Below are positions 1-11,347 of a DNA stretch of 64,000 nucleotides, one piece after another; positions within the stretch are counted from its first letter, which is position 1, and every line of letters begins with the position of its first letter. Position numbers and translations under genes: made by a program. Under the pieces are notes generated by a model that was not told the DNA's origin, did not search any database, and worked only from the letters and a program-made list of their open reading frames with translations. The stretch is from an uncultured Gemmatimonadales bacterium (lineage in GTDB: Bacteria; Gemmatimonadota; Gemmatimonadetes; Gemmatimonadales; JACORV01). The DNA is taken from positions 147,190 through 211,189 of the forward strand of contig CAVSQA010000028.1 in the NCBI GenBank assembly GCA_963729955.1, in the 5' to 3' direction.

Positions 1-2463
1 CGCCGCATAGCCGGCGCGCCATGCACCGACCGGCAGGGTCCAGCCGTCCAGCAGGGGCAGAGAGTCTCCGACGGCCGCCTTCAGGGAGAGCAGCGAGTCG
101 AACACCGACGCCGCCGCGCTGCCGATCAGCAGCGAGCGGGCGGCCTGAAATTCCAGCGCGGGGCGGTCGTCGGTGTGGTGGAACGGCGCTCCCGCCGCCA
201 ACGCCGCGGTCCCTCGATCACCCAGCAGGAAGTGGCCGAGCAGCTGGTCCGGCTCCGTGACCTGCATCCACATGCTCAGGGACGCGGCCGTCCGGGTTCC
301 CGGCAGCAGGGCAGCCGCCACCCGCTGCGCGCTCCACCGGATCGGCTCCCGCGACGCGAGCACGACGAGGTCGCTCGAGTTGGCGAACCAGATCTCGACG
401 TGCGGGAAGACGTCGCGAAGATTGGCCACGACCACCGCCACGAGACCCGGCGTGACCCGATACATCTGGAGCCACTGACAGAAGATGCCCTGCGGGGCCA
501 GCCGCTGCGCGACCACGCCGAAGTAGTCGCGGGTGAACAGCGACGATACGCCCGCGATCCAGGGATTGGACGGCTCGGACACGATGAGGTCGTACGCGGA
601 ATCCGTCAGCATCAGCGCGCTGCGCGCATCGTCCTCGATGACGTGCACGCGCGGGTCGGCGAGCACGTCGCGATTGACGTCGCGGAAATCCGCGCTGGCG
701 CGCAGGACCGCCCGCTCGATCTCGGCCACGTCAATCCGGGCCACGCCGGGGACGTCGGCGATCGTGCGCGTGGTCGCGCCGCTCCCAAAGCCCACCACGA
801 ACACGCGCCGCGGCCCTGGGTGGCCCAGCGCCGGCAGCAGTCCCAGCGACACCTGCGTGTCCATGTCCGCGACGCTCGACGCATCCACCTTCCCATTCAC
901 CTTGAGCCACGTCTGGTTGCCGTCCCGCCAGACCGACACCGCGGCGTTCCAGCCCTCCACGAAGCTCAACTGCTCCGAGCCGTAGCCGCGCAGGTAGCGT
1001 CCGAGCTCGTCTCGGCTGAGCCGGGCGCGGCCGTACACGGCGGGCGCGCGGTCCAGCAGCCGGCCCGACCAGCTCGGCGTCGCGAACACGACGAGCAGCG
1101 CCAGCACCCCCAGCCCGGCCGGGATCCGTTCCGCGACGACCGGCGTGCCGCCGTCCCCGCGCTCGCGATACGCCCAGCCGGCCAGCGCGACAGCCGCGCC
1201 GACGTTGATCAGCACTCCCAACTCCGAGCGTCCGCTCGCTGCCGATCAGGTGGATCAGCACGAAGCCCGTCACCACGGCGCCCGCGATGCTGCCCAGGGT
1301 GTTCGCGAGATACGCGCGACCCACCTCCCGCCCGGTGGCGCCGGAGCGCTCGGACGCGAGCTCCGCCAGGAGCGGAAAGCTGAACCCCATCCCCAGCGCG
1401 GGGGGGATGACGACCAGCGCGACCGCCAGGGCGTGCAGCGCCAGCAGCTCGCCGACGTTCAGGAACTGGATCTGCAGAGTCGCGACTACGTAGATCGGCA
1501 GCGCCCGGAAGAACGGAAACAACAGCGAGGCAAGCAGCGCGATCCCGCCCTGGATCGCGGCCGCGCGCAGCAGCAGATCGCGCGGTGGCCGGCCGCGGCC
1601 CACCGCAATCAAGCTTCCCAGCCCGATGCCGAGGAGGAAGCAGGCGAGAATGGTGGTGAACGCGTAGGTGGAGCTGCCGAAGACGAGGATCAGGGCCCTG
1701 GTCCACGCGATCTCGTACAGCAGCGACGCGAAGGCGGTGAGCGCAATCAGCCAGATCGCCAGGCGCCGGGTCGCCTTTCCCGGGTCCGGCGTGAAGACCG
1801 GTTCGCCCTCGGCCACGCCGGCCACCGGCTCCGGCAGGCGCGCGAGGAGCAGCGCGGCCGCGCCGAGGCCGAGATTGAGCGCGCCCGTGGCCAGCAGCGA
1901 CGCGCGCAGCCCGACGAACTCGATCAACACGTACCCGGCAAGCAGGCAGCCGGCGACCCCGCCGACCGTGTTGAGCCCATAAAACAATGCGAGCTCGCCC
2001 CGCAGCTGATCGCTGCGGTCCCGCGCGAACGCCCGGGTCAGGACCGGCAACGTGCCGCCCATCAGGAACGTCGGGATGAGGAGGACGACGAAGGCGAACC
2101 CGAACTTGATCGCCGTGCCGGCCCAGAGTCCCGGGCTCACCGCGCGCGCCACGCCGAGGTACACCGTGCCGATGCCCTGCGTCACCCAGGGCGAGAGCAG
2201 GCCGAAGATGCCTATCGCCACCTCGAGCAGACCGTACAGCACGGCAGGGTGCGCGTGCCGGTCCGCGCGCCGGCCCAGGACCCACGCTCCCAGACCGAGG
2301 CCGCCCATGTAGGCCGCGACGACCGTGGTGACGGAATGGATGGTGGAGCCGAACACCTGATAGAGCTGCCGGACCCAGACCAGCTCGTAGATCAGCCCCG
2401 CCGCGCCCGAGAGGATGAAGATCAGCCCGAACAGCGCGTGCCGCGCACGTCGGGCGCCGGTCA

Positions 2464-2464
<1 letters not shown>
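1..2464 (-). pseudogene. fused polytopic-membrane / spermidine-synthase-like (polyamine aminopropyltransferase family) protein; 3' end runs off the window; frame broken once as sequenced
   Basis: The ATG at 2464 shares a base with the upstream stop (TGATG). The first ~410 aa, in the frame of ORF 731..3721, are TM-rich (LIFILSGAAGLIYELVWVRQL...). After LIHLIGSERTLGVG that frame becomes Arg-rich nonsense. The frame displaced by +1 reads without stops to position 1: VLINVGAAVALAGW...RRVFVVGFGSGATTRTIADVPGVARIDVAEIE...YDLIVSEPSNPWIAGVSSLFT... This carries a SAM-binding GxGxG and a spermidine-synthase-type acidic motif. Break near 1216. Confidence 0.8.
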
Positions 2465-3477
<1,013 letters not shown>

Positions 3478-4591
3478 CGTCGTCGGGTCGCCCGCGAACT
3501 GCGGGTCGTCCTCGGTGTCGAACTGGTCCGAGGTCGGGTCGACGTCCGGCGAGTAGACGTACAGCGTCGCGGTCTCCGGCGCCGGCTGCGGGACGCTCAG
3601 CGCGGCCTCGGCCGCCGCCTCGATGCTCGCCGTGACCTCCGCGCGCGATCTGCTCCAGCGCCTCGCCGGTCGCGGTGCCCGTCGGCCAGCAGGCGCTCGC
3701 CGAACCGCAGCACGGGATCACGCGCGGCCTCGGCCTCGCGCTCCGCCGGCGACCGGTACATCACCTCGTCGTCGGAGAGCGAGTGCGAGTAGGGCCGGAT
3801 CACGTGCGCGTGCACCAGCGCCGGACCCTTGCGCGCGCGGCAGTAGCGCGGCCGCGCGCGAGAGCACCTCGTACGAGGCGACCGGATCGCAGCCGTCCAC
3901 CTCCTCGACCAGCAGGTCGGGGAAGTCGGCGACCAGCTGCGAGATCGAGCCGCCCGGCGGTCTGGACCTCGACCGGCACCGAGATCGCGTAGCCGTTGTC
4001 CTCGACCAGGAAGAGCACCGGCAGCTTCAGGTTGCAGGCGGTGTTGAGCGCCTCCCAGAACTCGCCCTCGCTCGTCGTGCCGTCGCCCAGCGAGCAGTAG
4101 ACGACCTCGTCGCGGCGGACGCGCTCCCGCGGTCCGCGATGGCCTCGATGCGATCGTAGCGGTACCAGCGCCTCGGCGCACCCGACCGCCTGCAGGAACT
4201 GCGTGCCGGTGGGGCTCGACTGGGTGACGATGTTGAGCTCCTGGTGACCCCAGTGCGACGGCATCTGCCGGCCGCCCGAGTTGGGGTCCTCCGCGGCGCC
4301 GACCGCCGAGAGCAGCATCTCGGGCGGCGTCATGCCGAGGGCGAGGCACAGCGCCCGGTCGCGGTAGTAGGGGTAGAACCAGTCGTGACCCGGCTTGAGG
4401 ACCATCCCCGCCGCCACCAGCACCGCCTCGTGGCCGGCGCCGGAGATCTGGAAGAAGATCTGGTTCTGCCGCTTGAGCTGGATTTCCTTGTCGTCGAGCC
4501 GCCGCGACAGGAGCATCAAGCGATAGATGCCGAGGAGGTCCGCCGCGGCGAGCCGCCGAGCGCCGGCCTCGGTCTTGGTGCGGGTGGCCAT
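3478..4591 (-). pseudogene. 2-oxoacid dehydrogenase E1, TPP-binding alpha-type module; frame broken at least 4 times; continuous with 2464..3477
   Basis: ATG at 4591: [10 protein letters not shown]...[18 protein letters not shown]...[51 protein letters not shown]. Sensible sequence then hops frames: [35 protein letters not shown] (frame of 3718..3900) -> [56 protein letters not shown] (frame of 3597..4619) -> [12 protein letters not shown] (frame of 731..3721) -> [59 protein letters not shown] (frame of 2464..3477). Breaks near 3952, 3846, 3677 and 3640, each +1. Confidence 0.8.
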
Positions 4592-4639
4592 GTGGCACGC
4601 AAAATAGCCCCGCGCCCATCCTCGCTCAACGCCGCGTCG

Positions 4640-6304
4640 TCAGGGGCCTGGGCGGCGCTGGTACACGACGTGACCGCCGACCACGGTGGCGCGCACCTCC
4701 GCCTCCTGAATCCGCTCGGGTGCCATCCGGAACAGGTCATGGTCCAGCAGGACCAGGTCGGCCAGCATGCCGGGGCGCAGGATCCCCGCCCGGCCGTCCG
4801 CGAAGCCGGCGTACGCCACGCCCGCCGTGTAGGCCCGGAGCGCCTGGTCGAGCGTGATCTTCTGCTCCGGGAACCAGCCGCCCGGGTTTCGGCCGTCGAG
4901 GGTCCGCCGCGTCACGGCGGCGTAGAGCCCCCCGATCGGGTCGAGCGGTGCCACGGTCCAGTCACTCCCGAAGGCGAGGTGGGCACCGCCGGCGAGCAGG
5001 GAGTGGAACGCGTAGGTGCCGGCCAGCCGGGCCGGGTCGAGCCGCTTCGCCGCCCAGCGCCCGTCGTCGATGGCGTGGTAGGGCTGCATCGAGGCGATGA
5101 CGCCGAGGGCCCCGAAGCGGGGGATGTCGGCCGGACGCAGGTGCTGGGCGTGCTCGATCCGGAAGCGCCGGTCACGCGGGCCGTTGCGGGCCATCGCGTC
5201 GGCATAGAACTGCAGGAGCATGGCGTTGGCGCGGTCGCCGATGGCGTGCACCGCCACCTGCAGGCCGGCGCTGTCGGCACCCAGGATCGTCTCGCGCATC
5301 GCAGCGGAGTCCGTGACCAGCAGGCCGCGGCTGTCCGGCGCGTCGAGGTAGGGCTCGTAGAACGCCGCGGTGGTCGATCCGAGCGACCCGTCCATGAAAC
5401 CCTTGACGCCGCCCCAATGCAGCCATTCGTCGCCGCGCCCGAGCGCACGCACCGTGTCGGCCAGCGCGCGCCACGTCGCGATCGGCACGAAGGCGTAGAT
5501 ACGCGTGATCGGTGCGTGCCGCTGGCAAGCCCGGCGGAACGCCGCCAGGTCCGCCCAGGTGTAGGACATCACGTGAACCGTGGTGACGCCGTGCTCCGCA
5601 GCGTGCCGCATCGCTCGCGCGAGCGCGCTGTCCATTTCCTCGGGCGTGGGTTCCGGCTGGACCCGGCCGATCAGGTCCATCGCGTTGTCCTTGAGCACGC
5701 CGGTAGGATCGCCGGCGCTGTCCCGGACGATGGCACCCCCCGGCGGATCGACCGTCTGCCGCCCGATCCCCGCGAGCCGGAGCGCGGCGGCGTTGGCCAC
5801 GCCCATGTGACCGTCGAGCCGGGTGACGAACACCGGGTTGTTCCCGGTCACGGAATCGATCCACTGGTGGCGGGGCAAGGAAGCGCCGGGCCACCGTTCG
5901 TGATCCCAGTCGCCGCCGCCGATCCAACGACCGGGGGGCTGCCGCCTGGCGAACGCCGCGAGGCGCCGGATGAACTCCTCCGGCGACGCCGCGTCGCGCA
6001 AGTCCACGGACAGCAGCTGAAATCCACCATCGATGAAGTGGGTGTGGGCATCACCGAAGCCGGGCACGACCAACGCCGTGCCGTTGTCGAGGATCCGGGT
6101 TCCGGGGCCGACCAGCGCGGCCATCGTCCGGCGATCACCGACGGCGACGATCGTGTCACCGCGGGCGGCCACGGCACTGGCCCAGGGGCGCGCCGAGTCT
6201 CCGGTCCACACCCGGCCGTACACCACCAGGTCGGCCCGCTGCTGGCCTGTGGCCGGCGCCGCGAACCAGAGGAACGACAGTACCAGCAAGGCCAGGCGCG
6301 TCAT
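4640..6304 (-). CDS. secreted metal-dependent amidohydrolase (amidohydrolase-3 / YtcJ-like)
   Basis: Intact 554-aa ORF with a signal-like N-terminus (MTRLALLVLSFLWFAAPATGQQ). Motifs: GFGDAHTHF (HxH), VHAIGD, RIEHAQH, AFGSDW. Confidence 0.85.
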   Translation of the reverse strand: MTRLALLVLSFLWFAAPATGQQRADLVVYGRVWTGDSARPWASAVAARGDTIVAVGDRRTMAALVGPGTRILDNGTALVVPGFGDAHTHFIDGGFQLLSVDLRDAASPEEFIRRLAAFARRQPPGRWIGGGDWDHERWPGASLPRHQWIDSVTGNNPVFVTRLDGHMGVANAAALRLAGIGRQTVDPPGGAIVRDSAGDPTGVLKDNAMDLIGRVQPEPTPEEMDSALARAMRHAAEHGVTTVHVMSYTWADLAAFRRACQRHAPITRIYAFVPIATWRALADTVRALGRGDEWLHWGGVKGFMDGSLGSTTAAFYEPYLDAPDSRGLLVTDSAAMRETILGADSAGLQVAVHAIGDRANAMLLQFYADAMARNGPRDRRFRIEHAQHLRPADIPRFGALGVIASMQPYHAIDDGRWAAKRLDPARLAGTYAFHSLLAGGAHLAFGSDWTVAPLDPIGGLYAAVTRRTLDGRNPGGWFPEQKITLDQALRAYTAGVAYAGFADGRAGILRPGMLADLVLLDHDLFRMAPERIQEAEVRATVVGGHVVYQRRPGP

Positions 6305-6398
6305 GTCCGTGCTCCCGAGCGGTCCCGCTTAACGGTATCTCGCGCCGCAGGGCCCGCGCCACTAGCTTGTCCTCGACACCCCTGCCCCGAAGGCGACG

Positions 6399-6878
6399 GT
6401 GAACGAGAGCGCTAAGAAGACGGTCCTGCGCCACTTCCCGTACGGCATGTACGCCGTGACGGTGATGAGCGAGGGCGAGGACCACGGCCTGACGGCCAAC
6501 TGGGTGATGCAGGCCGCGTTCACCCCTCCGATGCTGGTGGTCGCCCTGGAAAACGACTCCAAGAGCCTGCCGATGATCCGCGACGCGCGCGGGTTCGCGG
6601 TGAACATACTCGCGGCAGGACAGCGTGAACTGGCGGCGCAGCTCGGCCGTTCGTCCCGACGCCACCCCCACAAACTCCAGGCGGTGCCGGCGCGGCCCGC
6701 GCCGATGACCGGAGCCCCCATCCTGACCGAAGCGCTGGGATGGCTGGAATGCCGTTTCGTCGCCACCATGCCGGCGGGCGACCATACCCTGGTGCTCGGC
6801 GAAGTGGTGGAGGCGGGCGTCGAGCGGGAAGGCGAGCCCCTCACCCTGGGCGATGCGGGGATGAAGTACGCGGGCTGA
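6399..6878 (+). CDS. flavin reductase-like FMN-binding protein
   Basis: 159 aa, GTG start. FPYGMYAVTV...GLTANWVMQAAFTPPMLVVAL...GFAVNIL...GDHTLVLGEVV matches the flavin reductase split-barrel domain. Confidence 0.8.
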   Translation: MNESAKKTVLRHFPYGMYAVTVMSEGEDHGLTANWVMQAAFTPPMLVVALENDSKSLPMIRDARGFAVNILAAGQRELAAQLGRSSRRHPHKLQAVPARPAPMTGAPILTEALGWLECRFVATMPAGDHTLVLGEVVEAGVEREGEPLTLGDAGMKYAG

Positions 6879-6885
6879 GCGACCG

Positions 6886-8323
6886 GTGTTCGCGGCGACG
6901 ATCGCCGCCGCTGCACTCCTTGCCTTCGGGGCGGCGGCGGCGACCGCCCAGGAGCCGCCCGACACGCTGATGTACGACATCGACGTCGTCACGCTGCCTC
7001 CAGCGCATTTGTCGGTGGAGGCTCGCCTGACGACATCCGCCGCCGGCACCGTCGCTCTCTCCGCTCCGCCGTCGGCGCCGCCTGCCGGTACCGACGTCGA
7101 GGGTCTCTCGGTCACCGACGATCGCGGCCGACCCCTTCGGGTCCGCCTCGCCGGCGCCCGCTACCAAACCGATGCTCCGGCCGGCGCCGTGCGGTTCCGC
7201 TACCGCCTCGACTTCCAGAGCGGCGTCGCCATGAGCTCGACCGCCGCGGGCCTGGGGGAGGCGCGGCTCTACGCCGTCAGCCGCAGCGTGTTCGTGGCGC
7301 CGGATCCGGCCGCCGTCCGCGCGACCGGGCGACCTTACCCCCTCGTCTGGGTGCACTTCGTGACGCCGCCCGGCTGGCACGTCGTGACCAGTTGGGGCGT
7401 GGACGACGAGGTCTTCCTGCCGCCCAGTGGCGAGGCCCTGCTCGGGGGAACGATCGCGGCGGCGCCCGATTTCCGGGTGTATCGCGATACGGCCGGCGGA
7501 GCGCAGTTCGTGCTGGCCATCCGGGGCCAGCGGCATTTCAGCGACTCGGCGCTGCGCGGACGTGATCGCCGCCAGCCTCCGCGGCGCCTCCGCGGCACTC
7601 GGTCCGGTGCCGGTGCCGCGCGTCACCTACACGAGCGACGTCGGGTGGAAGGGCCGCACCAGCGGCAGCCTGCAGGGGCTGGCGAGCATCGGCCTCATCT
7701 GGGAGCCCGGCGAGCTGCTGGAGCGTCCGCGGATTCACGACCTGTTCCACGAGACGCTTCACCTGTGGTTCGGCGGCGCGATGCAGACCGACCGGTGGTG
7801 GACGGAAGGCGTGACCGACTACTTCGCCGCTCGGCTGGAGGCGGAGTGGAGCGGCCGCCCCGACGACCTGGCCGACCTCTGCTACCAGTCGCTGCGCAAC
7901 TACCTCGAGATCGGCCACCGCACCAGCATGACGATGGAGGAGGAGCAGCGCGAGGGCGTGCTGGGGGACAACACGAGCCTCCTCGTCTATCGCAAGGGGA
8001 TGCTGGCCGGGCTCCTGCTGGACGCGGCGATTCGCCGCGGCACGGATGGCCAGGCGAGCCTCGACGACGTAGCCCGGCAGATGCTCGCTCTCGCCAGCTC
8101 GAACCCCGCGCACCGCGTGCCCGACCCGGAGATCCGCGCCATCGCCGTGGACGTGGGTGGCAGTGGTGTCGATCGCGTGTGGAACCGGGTGGTGGAGGGC
8201 ACCGACCTGATCACCGAGGCCGAGGTCACCAGCGCGCTCCGGGCGGTCACCGGGTTACCGGTCACCGCCCCTGCGGCCGTCGCCAAGGAACAGAAGGTCT
8301 TGATCGGCCACCCGAAACCGTGA
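6886..8323 (+). pseudogene. secreted gluzincin metallopeptidase (M1/M61-like), one frame break as sequenced
   Basis: Signal peptide MFAATIAAAALLAFGAAAATAQEP. The frame of ORF 6886..8337 is sensible up to ...AIRGQRHFSDSALR. The frame of ORF 7427..8323 then continues DVIAASLRGASAALGPVPVPRVTYTS... An intact HEXXH and downstream Glu are present (LFHETLHLWFGG...WWTEGVTDYFA). +1 break near 7558. Confidence 0.75.
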
Positions 8324-8333
8324 GGCCGCCGTC

Positions 8334-8864
8334 ATGATGCTCAAGGGAAAGACCGTGCTCTTCTTCGCGGGTCCGCAGTATGAGGACCTGGAACTCTGGT
8401 ACCCGAAGATCCGGCTCGAGGAGGAGGGGGCGAAGATCGTCGTCGCGGGGTTGGGCGAGAAGACCTACCAGGGAAAGCGGGGCTATCCGATCACGGTCGA
8501 CAGCGTGGTGGACGACCTGTACCCCGAGGTCTACGACGGCCTCGTCATCCCCGGGGGCTACGCTCCGGATCACATGCGGCGCTCGGAGAAGCTCCTCAGC
8601 GTCACGCGCGCCATCGCGGAGGCGGGCAAGCCGGTTGCGTTCATCTGCCACGCCGCGTGGGTGCCGATTTCCGCCGGGCTGTTGAGAGGGCGCAAGGCCA
8701 CCTGCGTGCGCGCCATCAAGGACGACGTCATCAACGCCGGCGCCACCTACCTCGACGAGCCCGTCGTCGTGGACGGCAACCTCATCTCCTCGCGAACGCC
8801 CGCGGACCTGCCCGTCTTCTGCGGGGCCATCATCAAGGCGCTCGCGTCCGCGCCCAGGGATTAG
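8334..8864 (+). CDS. DJ-1/PfpI family protein (intracellular protease/amidase type)
   Basis: 176 aa. GLVIPGGYAPDHMR and KPVAFICHAAWV (nucleophile-elbow Cys-His) are typical of PfpI. Confidence 0.85.
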   Translation: MMLKGKTVLFFAGPQYEDLELWYPKIRLEEEGAKIVVAGLGEKTYQGKRGYPITVDSVVDDLYPEVYDGLVIPGGYAPDHMRRSEKLLSVTRAIAEAGKPVAFICHAAWVPISAGLLRGRKATCVRAIKDDVINAGATYLDEPVVVDGNLISSRTPADLPVFCGAIIKALASAPRD

Positions 8865-10093
8865 GCCGGCGCGTCGAACGGCCGGAGCACGACTCCGGTC
8901 GGCACCTTGGGAGCGAAGAAGGTCGACTTGGGCGGCATGATCTGGCGAGCATCGGCCACGCGCCGCACCGCCTCGAGCCGAGTGGCGGGCAGCATGATCG
9001 CGCACGCGCACCGCCCGTCCCGCCCCGCCTCGCGCGCCTCCGCCGCGTCCGCCGTGTAGCGCAGCTGAGGCACGCCGCCGAGCAGCGACGCCGCCACGAT
9101 CCCAACGGCGAGCCCGTCAGCGACCGCCACCTCCAGCGCCCGGACGGCCGGGTGCACGGGCCGGCCGTCCACCGGCGGCCACTCGGCCGTCGGTTTCACC
9201 AGTAACGGCACTTCCTTGCCACCCCTGAACACGACCGAGAGCGTCGGCGCCCTGCCGGCCGGCGCCTCCGAGAAGTACGGCGCTGCCGCCGCCAGGAACG
9301 CCCTCGGCTCGAGCGGGGCGCCGTCGAGCAGCCGGTGAGTGGGGAGGATGACGAGCCCGGGATCCTTGAACGACACGACGTGGCTCAACGTGCGTGCCGC
9401 GCCCTCGCGCCAGATCGCCGGTGCCTCGTCGCGGAACATCACCGAGGTCTCGAACCGGTGGTGCCCGTCCGCGACATACACCGGCTCCGCTCCGGCCACC
9501 ACGGCGAGGTGCCGCGCCTCCTCGCCTCCCACCACCCAGATCGCCTGGTCCGAGCCGATCGCCGTGCAGCGACCCCACGGCGCGCGCGACGTCACGTCGT
9601 GCAGCGCCTGGGTCAACCCGCCGGAGCTGTCGGGGGCCAGGAGGAAGACGGCGCTGAGGTTGGCGCCGGTCGCGTGCATCAACCGGCGACGGTCCTCTTT
9701 CGCCTTGGCGTGCGTGTGCTCGTGCGGGAGGACGCGCCCCTGCGAGAAGGGCTCGGCCGACACGGCCAGGAACACCCCGGTCCGCTCGCGCGTCGTGCCG
9801 TCGGGAAACCGGCCCGAGGTGCGAAGCACGTACGCCGACGGCTCGGCGTCGCGGACGATCACGCCCTGGCGCCGCCAGTCCGCGAGCAGCCGCGCCGCCG
9901 CCGCGTAGGGATCGCCTCCGTCCGGCGCCGCCGGCAGGTCGACGTTGACCACGTTGCACGGATCGCGCGCCACCAGCTCCGCGCGCTGCGGCGGCGAGAT
10001 CACGTCGTAGGGCGGCGCCAGGCGCCGGGCGAGGGTGTTCGGGTCGGCATAACGTTCACCGCGAAAGGCGGCGAACAGGCTCACGTCGCTCAT
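8861..10093 (-). CDS. DUF1015 family protein
   Basis: 410 aa. The N-terminus FRGERYADP...LAPPYDVISPPQR and the overall length fit DUF1015 as I remember it. ATGA overlap with the upstream ORF at 10090..10093. Confidence 0.75.
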   Translation of the reverse strand: MSDVSLFAAFRGERYADPNTLARRLAPPYDVISPPQRAELVARDPCNVVNVDLPAAPDGGDPYAAAARLLADWRRQGVIVRDAEPSAYVLRTSGRFPDGTTRERTGVFLAVSAEPFSQGRVLPHEHTHAKAKEDRRRLMHATGANLSAVFLLAPDSSGGLTQALHDVTSRAPWGRCTAIGSDQAIWVVGGEEARHLAVVAGAEPVYVADGHHRFETSVMFRDEAPAIWREGAARTLSHVVSFKDPGLVILPTHRLLDGAPLEPRAFLAAAAPYFSEAPAGRAPTLSVVFRGGKEVPLLVKPTAEWPPVDGRPVHPAVRALEVAVADGLAVGIVAASLLGGVPQLRYTADAAEAREAGRDGRCACAIMLPATRLEAVRRVADARQIMPPKSTFFAPKVPTGVVLRPFDAPA

Positions 10094-10413
10094 GTCGGGT
10101 CGCTTCCACCGTGAGACGCGATGAGTGCGTCGAGGATTCGTTTCACGTCGTGCAGCGGCAGCCGGAAGACTTCCGCCTCGGCCGCGGCCGCGGTGCCGCT
10201 GAACGCGAGATACTCGCTCTCGAGATGCCCGTCGGGCGCGTTGCTCGCCGACCAGCGGATGAACAGCAGCGCGGCGCCGAACCGGCCGTCCGGGCCGGGA
10301 TCGTCGTCCGAAAACACCCCCACCGAGTACGGGTGACCGTCGCTACCGGTGAAGCCCGGCGGCCGGCCGTGTACCGCGACGTAGCCGCCAAGCGTGTCGT
10401 CAGCGGTGTTCAC
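10090..10413 (-). CDS. hypothetical protein (107 aa)
   Basis: Same frame as track ORF 10090..10503. A GTG at 10413 overlaps the proline dehydrogenase stop (GTGA), which is the more economical start. No recognisable domain. Confidence 0.45.
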   Translation of the reverse strand: MNTADDTLGGYVAVHGRPPGFTGSDGHPYSVGVFSDDDPGPDGRFGAALLFIRWSASNAPDGHLESEYLAFSGTAAAAEAEVFRLPLHDVKRILDALIASHGGSDPT

Positions 10414-11339
10414 GCCCGCAACGATTCCTTGAGAACGTTGCCCAGGATGAAGGCGACGTTCGCGGGACGCTCGGCGAGGCGCCGCATCAGGTACGGGTAC
10501 CACTGGGTGCCGAAGGGCACGTACACCCGCACGCGGAACCCGGCGCGGCGCAGGTCCTCCTGCAGGTCACGGCGGATCCCATAAAGCATCTGGAACTCGA
10601 ACCGGTCCGCCGCGATGCCCTTCATCTCCACGAACCGCCGGACGTGGGCGATCAGCGCCGGATCGTGCGTGGCCACCGCCGGCTGGTGCCCGCGTTCCAG
10701 CAGCTTCTCGATCAGCTGCAGGTAGCTCCGGTCCACGTCCGCCTTGTCGGGGAACGCCACCGTCGCCGGCTCCTGATACGCTCCCTTGCACAGTCGCACC
10801 CGGGCGCGCACGCCGATGAGGCGATCGATGTCCGCCGCGCTGCGCCGCAGGTACGACTGGATCACGATGCCGACCCGGTCGCCGTACGCCGGCAGCAGGT
10901 CCTTCTCGAACAGGTCGAGGGTACGCTGGGTGTGCGTGCTGGACTCCATGTCGATCCGCACCGAGATGCCGAGGTCGCGCCCCCGGTCCAGGATGCGGCG
11001 CATGTTCTCGAGGCACAGCCCATGGTCCAGGTCGAAGCCCATCTGGGTGAGCTTGACCGACACATTGCAGTCGAGCTTCTCGGCGGCGATCCGCTCCAGA
11101 ATCTGCACCACGGTGGCGGCGGAAGACCGGGCCTCCTCGGCCTGCGTGACGCTCTCGCCCAGAAGGTCGAGGCTGGCCGCAATGCCCCGACCGTTCAACT
11201 CGCGAACGGCGACGACCGCCGAGTCGATCGTTTCGCCGGCGACGAAGCGCGACGCGAGGCGCCGCGCCAGGCGGTTGCCGCGAATGAAGGCGAAGATCCG
11301 AGGTTGTTCACTGAGATAGAGGAACGTGCCGCGCAGCAT
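10410..11339 (-). CDS. proline dehydrogenase (monofunctional PRODH)
   Basis: 309 aa. SVKLTQMG, RIDMESS, IVIQSYLRRS, RLCKGAY, ATHD and FQMLYGIR follow the PutA PRODH barrel pattern. Confidence 0.9.
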   Translation of the reverse strand: MLRGTFLYLSEQPRIFAFIRGNRLARRLASRFVAGETIDSAVVAVRELNGRGIAASLDLLGESVTQAEEARSSAATVVQILERIAAEKLDCNVSVKLTQMGFDLDHGLCLENMRRILDRGRDLGISVRIDMESSTHTQRTLDLFEKDLLPAYGDRVGIVIQSYLRRSAADIDRLIGVRARVRLCKGAYQEPATVAFPDKADVDRSYLQLIEKLLERGHQPAVATHDPALIAHVRRFVEMKGIAADRFEFQMLYGIRRDLQEDLRRAGFRVRVYVPFGTQWYPYLMRRLAERPANVAFILGNVLKESLRA

Positions 11340-11347
11340 GCGAGTGT

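Noticed and set aside
175-1383. Long Arg/Gly/Pro-rich ORFs opposite or out of frame with recognised genes. Examples: 175..1383+, 1145..2545+, 4244..6415+, 11378..12982+, 21930..22859+, 29633..30910+, 34562..35737+, 36428..38080+, 40980..42476-, 42257..43969-, 44760..47108-, 55164..56933-, 60779..62236+.
   Set aside because: These are typical shadow ORFs of very GC-rich DNA. Each overlaps a gene with clear family motifs, has a low-complexity Arg/Pro/Gly composition, and shows no recognisable domain.
4095-4160. A possible compensated frameshift patch in the E1 alpha module. The alternative frame reads [17 protein letters not shown] where the given frame reads [17 protein letters not shown].
   Set aside because: Both flanks are in the same frame and the linker is variable in this family. 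Without an alignment I cannot show that the given reading is wrong.
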